Below the pieces are notes generated by a model. It saw nothing but the letters and a program-made list of their open reading frames with translations. It did no database searches and was not told the DNA's origin. Made by a program: the position numbers and the translations under genes. Below are positions 1 through 9,732 of a stretch of 64,000 nucleotides of DNA, piece by piece. Numbering within the stretch: the stretch's first letter is position 1; each line of letters begins with the position of its first letter. The DNA lies in the NCBI GenBank assembly GCA_000004985.1, contig GG738872.1, one strand, 5' to 3'. This DNA is from Naegleria gruberi. Lineage: Eukaryota.

Positions 1-472
1 ACCCAAACCCAAACCCAAACCCAAACCCAAACCCAAACCCAAACCCAAACCCAAACCCAAACCCAAACCCAAACCCAAACCCAAACCCAAACCCAAACCC
101 AAACCCAAACCCAAACCCAAACCCAAACCCAAACCCAAACCCAAACCCAAACCCAAACCCAAACCCAAACCCAAACCCAAACCCAAACCCAAACCCAAAC
201 CCAAACCCAAACCCAAACCCAAACCCAAACCCAAACCCAAACCCAAACCCAAACCCAAACCCAAACCCAAACCCAAACCCAAACCCAAACCCAAACCCAA
301 ACCCAAACCCAAACCCAAACCCAAACCCAAACCCAAACCCAAACCCAAACCCAAACCCAAACCCAAAAACCCAAACCTAAAAACCCAAACCCAAACCCAA
401 ACCTAAAAACCCAAACCTAAAAACCCAAACCTAAAAACCCAAACCTAAAAACCCAAACCTAAAAACCTAAAA
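1..472. repeat. Terminal telomere array: (CCCAAA)n on the + strand, i.e. (TTTGGG)n G-strand running 5'->3' toward the chromosome end. About 61 perfect copies (1-367), then proximal variant units CCCAAA+CCTAAAAA (368-472).
   Basis: A perfect 6-bp periodicity starts at base 1. The C-rich strand reads inward, as expected for a left chromosome end. The array degenerates toward unique sequence at ~473. Confidence 0.95.
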
Positions 473-1168
473 AATATTTAAGTCCAGACCCAATGTTTCA
501 AAGTTCAAACCCTAGCCCAATTTATTGATTGTTATATCATTCGATTGTAAATGATGAGTAGAACAATGTATTATATTTAGTTTTTCAATTTATAAAATAT
601 TAACTTTGTAAATAATGTAAGATTAAAAATTTGTAAAATGAAACCATAGGAAGAATGATAATTTCAAAATCCTTTAGTGAGATTATATAGTAAATATCAT
701 CATTAACAACATTTATAATCACTTTCATATCAAATTTCAAAAGTTCAAGTCTGTAGATATAAAAGTATTGAGTGAAAAGGGAAGTAGTGAGGTACAATAG
801 GTCAACTATAACTTTTGAGTTTCTCATCAAAACATATTAAATCCTGACATGAAAATGTTCCATTTGATTAGTAAACATCGAATATCAAATTTATTTTAAC
901 TTTCATATTTAAAGATTTCTTCCCTCAATCACACATATGGTCAACTTGTATGAAAAGGTGGAAATCTTGAAAAAGGACCACCTATTGAAACTTTACCATC
1001 ATGATGTAGATGGTCTATAATGATGTACAATTCAATTTCATATCATAAGAATCAGAAATGGTACCATGGGAATGTAAATGTTGATTTTATAAAGTTGACT
1101 TTAAGGAAAGACAAGTCAGACCAACTCTATCAAATATATCACTTCAATCAATAAATTATATATGAAAA

Positions 1169-4100
1169 NNNNNNNNNNNNNNNNNNNNNNNNNNNNNNNN
1201 NNNNNNNNNNNNNNNNNNNNNNNNNNNNNNNNNNNNNNNNNNNNNNNNNNNNNNNNNNNNNNNNNNNNNNNNNNNNNNNNNNNNNNNNNNNNNNNNNNNN
1301 NNNNNNNNNNNNNNNNNNNNNNNNNNNNNNNNNNNNNNNNNNNNNNNNNNNNNNNNNNNNNNNNNNNNNNNNNNNNNNNNNNNNNNNNNNNNNNNNNNNN
1401 NNNNNNNNNNNNNNNNNNNNNNNNNNNNNNNNNNNNNNNNNNNNNNNNNNNNNNNNNNNNNNNNNNNNNNNNNNNNNNNNNNNNNNNNNNNNNNNNNNNN
1501 NNNNNNNNNNNNNNNNNNNNNNNNNNNNNNNNNNNNNNNNNNNNNNNNNNNNNNNNNNNNNNNNNNNNNNNNNNNNNNNNNNNNNNNNNNNNNNNNNNNN
1601 NNNNNNNNNNNNNNNNNNNNNNNNNNNNNNNNNNNNNNNNNNNNNNNNNNNNNNNNNNNNNNNNNNNNNNNNNNNNNNNNNNNNNNNNNNNNNNNNNNNN
1701 NNNNNNNNNNNNNNNNNNNNNNNNNNNNNNNNNNNNNNNNNNNNNNNNNNNNNNNNNNNNNNNNNNNNNNNNNNNNNNNNNNNNNNNNNNNNNNNNNNNN
1801 NNNNNNNNNNNNNNNNNNNNNNNNNNNNNNNNNNNNNNNNNNNNNNNNNNNNNNNNNNNNNNNNNNNNNNNNNNNNNNNNNNNNNNNNNNNNNNNNNNNN
1901 NNNNNNNNNNNNNNNNNNNNNNNNNNNNNNNNNNNNNNNNNNNNNNNNNNNNNNNNNNNNNNNNNNNNNNNNNNNNNNNNNNNNNNNNNNNNNNNNNNNN
2001 NNNNNNNNNNNNNNNNNNNNNNNNNNNNNNNNNNNNNNNNNNNNNNNNNNNNNNNNNNNNNNNNNNNNNNNNNNNNNNNNNNNNNNNNNNNNNNNNNNNN
2101 NNNNNNNNNNNNNNNNNNNNNNNNNNNNNNNNNNNNNNNNNNNNNNNNNNNNNNNNNNNNNNNNNNNNNNNNNNNNNNNNNNNNNNNNNNNNNNNNNNNN
2201 NNNNNNNNNNNNNNNNNNNNNNNNNNNNNNNNNNNNNNNNNNNNNNNNNNNNNNNNNNNNNNNNNNNNNNNNNNNNNNNNNNNNNNNNNNNNNNNNNNNN
2301 NNNNNNNNNNNNNNNNNNNNNNNNNNNNNNNNNNNNNNNNNNNNNNNNNNNNNNNNNNNNNNNNNNNNNNNNNNNNNNNNNNNNNNNNNNNNNNNNNNNN
2401 NNNNNNNNNNNNNNNNNNNNNNNNNNNNNNNNNNNNNNNNNNNNNNNNNNNNNNNNNNNNNNNNNNNNNNNNNNNNNNNNNNNNNNNNNNNNNNNNNNNN
2501 NNNNNNNNNNNNNNNNNNNNNNNNNNNNNNNNNNNNNNNNNNNNNNNNNNNNNNNNNNNNNNNNNNNNNNNNNNNNNNNNNNNNNNNNNNNNNNNNNNNN
2601 NNNNNNNNNNNNNNNNNNNNNNNNNNNNNNNNNNNNNNNNNNNNNNNNNNNNNNNNNNNNNNNNNNNNNNNNNNNNNNNNNNNNNNNNNNNNNNNNNNNN
2701 NNNNNNNNNNNNNNNNNNNNNNNNNNNNNNNNNNNNNNNNNNNNNNNNNNNNNNNNNNNNNNNNNNNNNNNNNNNNNNNNNNNNNNNNNNNNNNNNNNNN
2801 NNNNNNNNNNNNNNNNNNNNNNNNNNNNNNNNNNNNNNNNNNNNNNNNNNNNNNNNNNNNNNNNNNNNNNNNNNNNNNNNNNNNNNNNNNNNNNNNNNNN
2901 NNNNNNNNNNNNNNNNNNNNNNNNNNNNNNNNNNNNNNNNNNNNNNNNNNNNNNNNNNNNNNNNNNNNNNNNNNNNNNNNNNNNNNNNNNNNNNNNNNNN
3001 NNNNNNNNNNNNNNNNNNNNNNNNNNNNNNNNNNNNNNNNNNNNNNNNNNNNNNNNNNNNNNNNNNNNNNNNNNNNNNNNNNNNNNNNNNNNNNNNNNNN
3101 NNNNNNNNNNNNNNNNNNNNNNNNNNNNNNNNNNNNNNNNNNNNNNNNNNNNNNNNNNNNNNNNNNNNNNNNNNNNNNNNNNNNNNNNNNNNNNNNNNNN
3201 NNNNNNNNNNNNNNNNNNNNNNNNNNNNNNNNNNNNNNNNNNNNNNNNNNNNNNNNNNNNNNNNNNNNNNNNNNNNNNNNNNNNNNNNNNNNNNNNNNNN
3301 NNNNNNNNNNNNNNNNNNNNNNNNNNNNNNNNNNNNNNNNNNNNNNNNNNNNNNNNNNNNNNNNNNNNNNNNNNNNNNNNNNNNNNNNNNNNNNNNNNNN
3401 NNNNNNNNNNNNNNNNNNNNNNNNNNNNNNNNNNNNNNNNNNNNNNNNNNNNNNNNNNNNNNNNNNNNNNNNNNNNNNNNNNNNNNNNNNNNNNNNNNNN
3501 NNNNNNNNNNNNNNNNNNNNNNNNNNNNNNNNNNNNNNNNNNNNNNNNNNNNNNNNNNNNNNNNNNNNNNNNNNNNNNNNNNNNNNNNNNNNNNNNNNNN
3601 NNNNNNNNNNNNNNNNNNNNNNNNNNNNNNNNNNNNNNNNNNNNNNNNNNNNNNNNNNNNNNNNNNNNNNNNNNNNNNNNNNNNNNNNNNNNNNNNNNNN
3701 NNNNNNNNNNNNNNNNNNNNNNNNNNNNNNNNNNNNNNNNNNNNNNNNNNNNNNNNNNNNNNNNNNNNNNNNNNNNNNNNNNNNNNNNNNNNNNNNNNNN
3801 NNNNNNNNNNNNNNNNNNNNNNNNNNNNNNNNNNNNNNNNNNNNNNNNNNNNNNNNNNNNNNNNNNNNNNNNNNNNNNNNNNNNNNNNNNNNNNNNNNNN
3901 NNNNNNNNNNNNNNNNNNNNNNNNNNNNNNNNNNNNNNNNNNNNNNNNNNNNNNNNNNNNNNNNNNNNNNNNNNNNNNNNNNNNNNNNNNNNNNNNNNNN
4001 NNNNNNNNNNNNNNNNNNNNNNNNNNNNNNNNNNNNNNNNNNNNNNNNNNNNNNNNNNNNNNNNNNNNNNNNNNNNNNNNNNNNNNNNNNNNNNNNNNNN

Positions 4101-5508
4101 NNNNNNNNNNNNNNNNNNNNNNNNNNNNNNNNNNNNNNNNNNNNNNNNNNNNNNNNNNNNNNNNNNNNNNNNNNNNNNNNNNNNNNNNNNNNNNNNNNNN
4201 NNNNNNNNNNNNNNNNNNNNNNNNNNNNNNNNNNNNNNNNNNNNNNNNNNNNNNNNNNNNNNNNNNNNNNNNNNNNNNNNNNNNNNNNNNNNNNNNNNNN
4301 NNNNNNNNNNNNNNNNNNNNNNNNNNNNNNNNNNNNNNNNNNNNNNNNNNNNNNNNNNNNNNNNNNNNNNNNNNNNNNNNNNNNNNNNNNNNNNNNNNNN
4401 NNNNNNNNNNNNNNNNNNNNNNNNNNNNNNNNNNNNNNNNNNNNNNNNNNNNNNNNNNNNNNNNNNNNNNNNNNNNNNNNNNNNNNNNNNNNNNNNNNNN
4501 NNNNNNNNNNNNNNNNNNNNNNNNNNNNNNNNNNNNNNNNNNNNNNNNNNNNNNNNNNNNNNNNNNNNNNNNNNNNNNNNNNNNNNNNNNNNNNNNNNNN
4601 NNNNNNNNNNNNNNNNNNNNNNNNNNNNNNNNNNNNNNNNNNNNNNNNNNNNNNNNNNNNNNNNNNNNNNNNNNNNNNNNNNNNNNNNNNNNNNNNNNNN
4701 NNNNNNNNNNNNNNNNNNNNNNNNNNNNNNNNNNNNNNNNNNNNNNNNNNNNNNNNNNNNNNNNNNNNNNNNNNNNNNNNNNNNNNNNNNNNNNNNNNNN
4801 NNNNNNNNNNNNNNNNNNNNNNNNNNNNNNNNNNNNNNNNNNNNNNNNNNNNNNNNNNNNNNNNNNNNNNNNNNNNNNNNNNNNNNNNNNNNNNNNNNNN
4901 NNNNNNNNNNNNNNNNNNNNNNNNNNNNNNNNNNNNNNNNNNNNNNNNNNNNNNNNNNNNNNNNNNNNNNNNNNNNNNNNNNNNNNNNNNNNNNNNNNNN
5001 NNNNNNNNNNNNNNNNNNNNNNNNNNNNNNNNNNNNNNNNNNNNNNNNNNNNNNNNNNNNNNNNNNNNNNNNNNNNNNNNNNNNNNNNNNNNNNNNNNNN
5101 NNNNNNNNNNNNNNNNNNNNNNNNNNNNNNNNNNNNNNNNNNNNNNNNNNNNNNNNNNNNNNNNNNNNNNNNNNNNNNNNNNNNNNNNNNNNNNNNNNNN
5201 NNNNNNNNNNNNNNNNNNNNNNNNNNNNNNNNNNNNNNNNNNNNNNNNNNNNNNNNNNNNNNNNNNNNNNNNNNNNNNNNNNNNNNNNNNNNNNNNNNNN
5301 NNNNNNNNNNNNNNNNNNNNNNNNNNNNNNNNNNNNNNNNNNNNNNNNNNNNNNNNNNNNNNNNNNNNNNNNNNNNNNNNNNNNNNNNNNNNNNNNNNNN
5401 NNNNNNNNNNNNNNNNNNNNNNNNNNNNNNNNNNNNNNNNNNNNNNNNNNNNNNNNNNNNNNNNNNNNNNNNNNNNNNNNNNNNNNNNNNNNNNNNNNNN
5501 NNNNNNNN
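1169..5508. other. Assembly gap (4340 N)
   Basis: Uninterrupted run of n characters. Confidence 1.
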
Positions 5509-5872
5509 ACTTTCTAATTTCTCTCAAAGCAACAGTACCTGGCTTATATCTATGTGGCTTTTTAGGAGTACGTGTCTTGCTAATAGTTGATGGTTGTTTT
5601 ATAGCTTTTCTTGGTGCTTTGCCTCCAGTTGATTTTCTTGTTGTTTTTCTTCTTGCTAAAATAGCAGCTTCGGAAGTATTTTTACTTTTTCTAGTATTTC
5701 CTTCGGCTAAATCGGAAGTATTGGAAGAAGAAGGAACATCTGCAGATGAAAAATTTGCAACCACATCAGAAGCGACAGTAGATGAAGAGTTTGTGGTATC
5801 AGATACCATTGAATCATCAGTAGTTTCAGTAATAGAAGAATGAGAAGTAGTATTTCCAGTGATGAGAGTCAT
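5509..5872 (-). CDS. Histone H3-family variant, 5' part only (the CDS runs into the assembly gap). It has a ~95-aa Ser/Thr/Asp-rich N-terminal extension before the H3 tail.
   Basis: The minus-strand frame reads [13 protein letters not shown]...[51 protein letters not shown] and then hits the N run. This matches canonical H3 [12 protein letters not shown] and [17 protein letters not shown]. The first ATG is at 5872; the track start at 5923 is a GTG. Confidence 0.8.
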
Positions 5873-5998
5873 TTTTTTAATTTTGAAAAGGTTATTCGGA
5901 GCATCAATAATTTGTACTCTCACAAAATAACTCTTTCAAATTTTGACCATCTAAAATAATTTCTAAAAAATATTAACCAACCGACAGAACTCTCAACA

Positions 5999-6478
5999 AT
6001 GCCAAAACGATCAGTTACTAAAATCATACCAATGTATGAAAGTATCTACGATTTACCAGTTGTCATGGTTTGTATGAAAGGAGAGAAAATCTCCGATGAA
6101 GCTTTTATTAATCATTTGTATTTTCATTCGAGTGTCTTTTATCCAACCGTTAATGATTGTACCAAAACCATCAACACAATCATGCACGAACTTGAAAATG
6201 TTATAGCAATTAATGATGATTTTATTATTGATGAAATTCCAAATCCTATGGATTTAAAAGAAAAGCTCCAACTCTCAAGAAAAGCAAATAGATTAGCTAT
6301 TTATTCATTAAAGACAATGATTATGATGGAATCAAAGATGTTTAATGCTTTGTTTCAAAAGAAACCATCTATGAATCAATTAAACAAGGCTCACAAATTC
6401 CAAAATGTAATTCATTTGGAAATTGATGAAGAAGATGTTTCCGAAAATGAAATGACCATTTGGAAAAATAAAGAATAA
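5999..6478 (+). CDS. Hypothetical protein, 159 aa, no recognisable domain
   Basis: ATG-initiated ORF, divergent from the H3-like gene across a 126-bp spacer. The composition looks protein-like. No motif was recognised. Confidence 0.45.
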   Translation: MPKRSVTKIIPMYESIYDLPVVMVCMKGEKISDEAFINHLYFHSSVFYPTVNDCTKTINTIMHELENVIAINDDFIIDEIPNPMDLKEKLQLSRKANRLAIYSLKTMIMMESKMFNALFQKKPSMNQLNKAHKFQNVIHLEIDEEDVSENEMTIWKNKE

Positions 6479-6537
6479 TTTTATTAATATAAATTAATAT
6501 CCTTAATAAATATTGTTTATTAATTAATTATATAAAA

Positions 6538-9303
6538 TTAATCATCAATATAGTCATCTAAAGGGTATATATAATCATTAAAGTAACGTAAAACCATACT
6601 TTCATCAACAAAGTTATCGAAAGGTTCCCATGTTGATTGTTTGTAACCATAACCTTGCCATTTTACAAGGTAATTGAAATATTTTGGTAATAAAAGATCA
6701 GAATCAATATCTATATCTTTTTCGATTAATTGATGGTCTAAAATCTCATCAACTACAAATATATCATCTGTTTGAGTATCTTGTAAATCTGAAGAATCAG
6801 CTGAAGAATCATCTGACATATCTGCCCATCTCCTTTTGGTACCTCCTTTCTTTTCCTTCTTGGATCTAAAAGAGGAACATTTCTTATATTCTTCTGGTGT
6901 CATTTTAAATTCAGAGAAGAACTTTTGCAAATCTTCAGGATTTAATGGGATGGTTACACCATCAAACCAATGATGATCTTTCAAATAACGATTCACATGT
7001 GAAACCAAATCTTCAAAAAACACATCCCTTTCTGAACTATTCCAATAACTATTTAGTAATATCTTGAATTTTGTAATAACCCGACTTTTTACCTTCCAAT
7101 AATTTTTGTTGAATTGTTTTTTATCTTCCTCTGTAACAATTTCAAGATCTGAAAATGCCATAAGAGATCTATAGATAGATCCCATGAAATTAGTAGTTTC
7201 TGTTAATGCAACCGTCTTTCCAAAAAGAAACTTCAGTTTCGGTATGTTGTCAATTAGCCAAGTCTTGCATTTGAAATCAACTCTTGTTTGTGGAAGTGAT
7301 TTTCTTTGAGAAATTATATTCTTGTTTGTTTGAGGAATATTCATAAATCCAACGCTCTCATCAATACATTCATCTCTCATAAATAGATATTTGAAAGGTA
7401 CGCAACCATTAGGATTGGATTTTCTAGATGTTATATATGAAGATGGTGACAATTCAACATTCAAAATATTATGAAAAGTAGTTTCCAATGTATCAGATGA
7501 TGAAAATCCATAATCTTGAATAGATCCTTGAACATATTGAAATATCATCTGCCGATGATGTACAGTATCTGCAAGGTACCTCTCTGGTAGTTGGTTGAAT
7601 ATTTTGAAAGCATATCTTTCATATGATTTAATTGAGCGCTTACTGACATGTCCTAGCATGAATGAAATTGCACTCTTTGTTTGCTCTTGCACAATATGGT
7701 TTCGAATAATATCAACCAACATGTTTTCTACCACAATACCAGATCTACCAGCACGTGCACAATACATGACATTTAAAATTCTCTTGGTGATATTTCTAAT
7801 ATATTCTGATATTCCATTTGAACAACATTGAGATTTAGATTGTTTTTTGAAAAATAAAAATTCTTTCACTACATCATTCTTAAATGTGAATTTACCATCT
7901 GAAATGAATTTTTCCCAATTAGAATTAAAGTTGGCAAATATCTCAGAACGAGTGTACCACAAATAATATAATAAAATGAATGATGAACAGAGAGTATGAT
8001 TCTGCTTTCCAAATATTGACACATTCCTTGATGAAGTGGTTGTACGCTTGTCTTTCTTCACTTCCATAGAAGTGTGAATAACGAACCATTTATCATCATT
8101 AAGATAATATTCAACTTTTTGAAATTTTACATCTTCAAGTCTTATCCAAATAAGAGAATCTCCTCTCATTCCAGTAGCTCGAATAACATGCATGATGGCA
8201 ACATCAGTAAGATCTTCAACTTTTGTCAAATCAGCAGCATAGGTAACTTTGTAGACCTCAGAAAACATCATTGGAGCAACTTTGTACACTTCACACCCAT
8301 ATAATCGAATCAAGCCCATTGTTGTTTGTTGAATAGCTTCCTTAAATAGAATGACTGGACTTTCACCGAATTTAGGATGTCTTTTTATGAATTTGTTCAA
8401 TCCATACACAAAGCACCCTTTCATTGTCTTATGCGAAAAACCACTAGCTCGACTGAATATCAAAAATCTAAGGTAGGTTATCTTTTCAATAGGGAATGGT
8501 TTCGGTTGAATCTTTGACCACGCTGTTTTGCCTTTGATTTGTTCTTTCCAAAACGACACATAGACAATTCCTGAATAAGCTTCAAATTGTCTAGTATTGA
8601 TATGCTTATGAAGCTTCATTACAGTGACAACCTTGGAAATATCTTCATCCAAATCATCAACAATTGTTAAATCTAAATTTGAATCAATTTCCTCATTGAA
8701 CTCTGGTCGAATAACAGCAGATTTCTTTTTTTTTGGAGTATAGCTTGCCACAAGGAGATCTTCAACATCATAATCAATTAAGCTAGCTTCCAAATTGTCA
8801 TTGATCTCTTCTAACATCTTTTCCTTCTCTTTCGGTGATGATGATTCTACATTACGAATAAGGGATTCTTTTCGAATTTCTTCATCAGTCATTTCGGGAG
8901 GGTTATCCATCTTGTTCATTCTTTCAATCTCTTGTAAAATATCTGACACAACATCCTTTTGATGCATATAAGGCTGTATCATTGTGTCTAAATCTTTAAT
9001 TGATTGAGCAACACCAATAAAATTGTTATTATGATTTAATAATGCCATTATGTGATGAAATGACTGCATAGTAAACTCAGCATCCAAACAATAAGTAACT
9101 CCGTTATAATCAACATTGATTGATTTGGAGCCAATATACTCCTTGTTGTTTAGCAAATCATTCATTTGATAAACTCGCGATGATGAGTTCTTTGATACTA
9201 AGGCGCTCTCATCCTGTTGAGTTGGTGGGAGTTCACCGGTTGGTGAATGGTTGTTGTTGGTGCAATCACTTAAATGAGAGCTTGTAGATGATGATGGAAG
9301 CAT
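6538..9303 (-). CDS. Tyrosine recombinase (Crypton-like catalytic core) fused to a C-terminal chromodomain, 921 aa
   Basis: Tyrosine-recombinase motifs read by eye: box I IRATGMRGDSLIWIRLEDV (Arg), then ARAGRSGIVV (Arg), then ISFMLGHVSKRSIKSYERY (His...Tyr nucleophile). The C-terminal 73 aa (about 6580-6759), FVVDEILDH...YFNYLVKWQGYGYKQSTWEPFDNF...VLRYF, fit the chromodomain consensus (Y.VKWkGy...tWEP). No RT or RNase H motifs are present in the sequenced part. Confidence 0.65.
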   Translation of the reverse strand: MLPSSSTSSHLSDCTNNNHSPTGELPPTQQDESALVSKNSSSRVYQMNDLLNNKEYIGSKSINVDYNGVTYCLDAEFTMQSFHHIMALLNHNNNFIGVAQSIKDLDTMIQPYMHQKDVVSDILQEIERMNKMDNPPEMTDEEIRKESLIRNVESSSPKEKEKMLEEINDNLEASLIDYDVEDLLVASYTPKKKKSAVIRPEFNEEIDSNLDLTIVDDLDEDISKVVTVMKLHKHINTRQFEAYSGIVYVSFWKEQIKGKTAWSKIQPKPFPIEKITYLRFLIFSRASGFSHKTMKGCFVYGLNKFIKRHPKFGESPVILFKEAIQQTTMGLIRLYGCEVYKVAPMMFSEVYKVTYAADLTKVEDLTDVAIMHVIRATGMRGDSLIWIRLEDVKFQKVEYYLNDDKWFVIHTSMEVKKDKRTTTSSRNVSIFGKQNHTLCSSFILLYYLWYTRSEIFANFNSNWEKFISDGKFTFKNDVVKEFLFFKKQSKSQCCSNGISEYIRNITKRILNVMYCARAGRSGIVVENMLVDIIRNHIVQEQTKSAISFMLGHVSKRSIKSYERYAFKIFNQLPERYLADTVHHRQMIFQYVQGSIQDYGFSSSDTLETTFHNILNVELSPSSYITSRKSNPNGCVPFKYLFMRDECIDESVGFMNIPQTNKNIISQRKSLPQTRVDFKCKTWLIDNIPKLKFLFGKTVALTETTNFMGSIYRSLMAFSDLEIVTEEDKKQFNKNYWKVKSRVITKFKILLNSYWNSSERDVFFEDLVSHVNRYLKDHHWFDGVTIPLNPEDLQKFFSEFKMTPEEYKKCSSFRSKKEKKGGTKRRWADMSDDSSADSSDLQDTQTDDIFVVDEILDHQLIEKDIDIDSDLLLPKYFNYLVKWQGYGYKQSTWEPFDNFVDESMVLRYFNDYIYPLDDYIDD

Positions 9304-9705
9304 TTTTTTGAGAGAAAATCCCCGAAATTTCCATTAAGGCAACTTTACAAAGTGAGCCCTCTTTGAGTATTCATAAATATAGGCAATTATCGTGCAAGAA
9401 GGCCTTTGTGGCCTTCCTGCATCAATATCTCATCCAAGTAATAATATTTATATATATAAAATTGGCAAACAGCATTCAATTTATTCAAATATTGATGTAG
9501 ACAGGTAAAAATGTCAATAATGTCATTTTTTTTACCTTACTGAAAAATGACCTGTTTTTGAAAAGCTCCCATTCAATGAGTTCAGTGAATTAGAACTGAA
9601 TTTCTGTACGATAATGTAGTAATTGAAGTCTATTACGATATCTGAAAAATTCAATATCCCAATATTTAAACAACAAATCTGGGTAATGTAATTAGCCTGC
9701 AGTCT

Positions 9706-9731
9706 CCCAAACCCAAACCCAAACCCAAACC
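9706..9731. repeat. Interstitial telomere-repeat tract, cccaaa x4.3, same orientation as the terminal array
   Basis: Exact string cccaaacccaaacccaaacccaaacc, followed directly by gene-relic sequence. Confidence 0.95.
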
Positions 9732-9732
9732 T

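Larger units (their letters stand above)
473..9705. mobile_element. Terminal block flanked on both sides by same-orientation telomere repeats. Candidate captured subtelomere or telomere-targeted tyrosine-recombinase (Crypton-like) element; the extent is provisional.
   Basis: Bounded by the telomere array (1-472) and the interstitial tract (9706-9731). Contains a tyrosine-recombinase ORF. No LTRs or TIRs could be seen by eye. 4.3 kb of the interior is unsequenced (N run). Confidence 0.3.

Noticed and set aside
600-830. 76-aa ORF in the first unique sequence after the telomere
   Set aside because: It is AT-rich with a low-complexity Ile/Leu/Tyr/Lys translation and no motif. An ORF of this length is expected by chance in such DNA.
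1148-5923. The 1591-aa (minus) and 1451-aa (plus, 1162-5517) ORFs in the track
   Set aside because: They are artefacts of translating the 4340-nt N run as X. Only the 5509-5872 portion (H3-like N-terminus) is real sequence.
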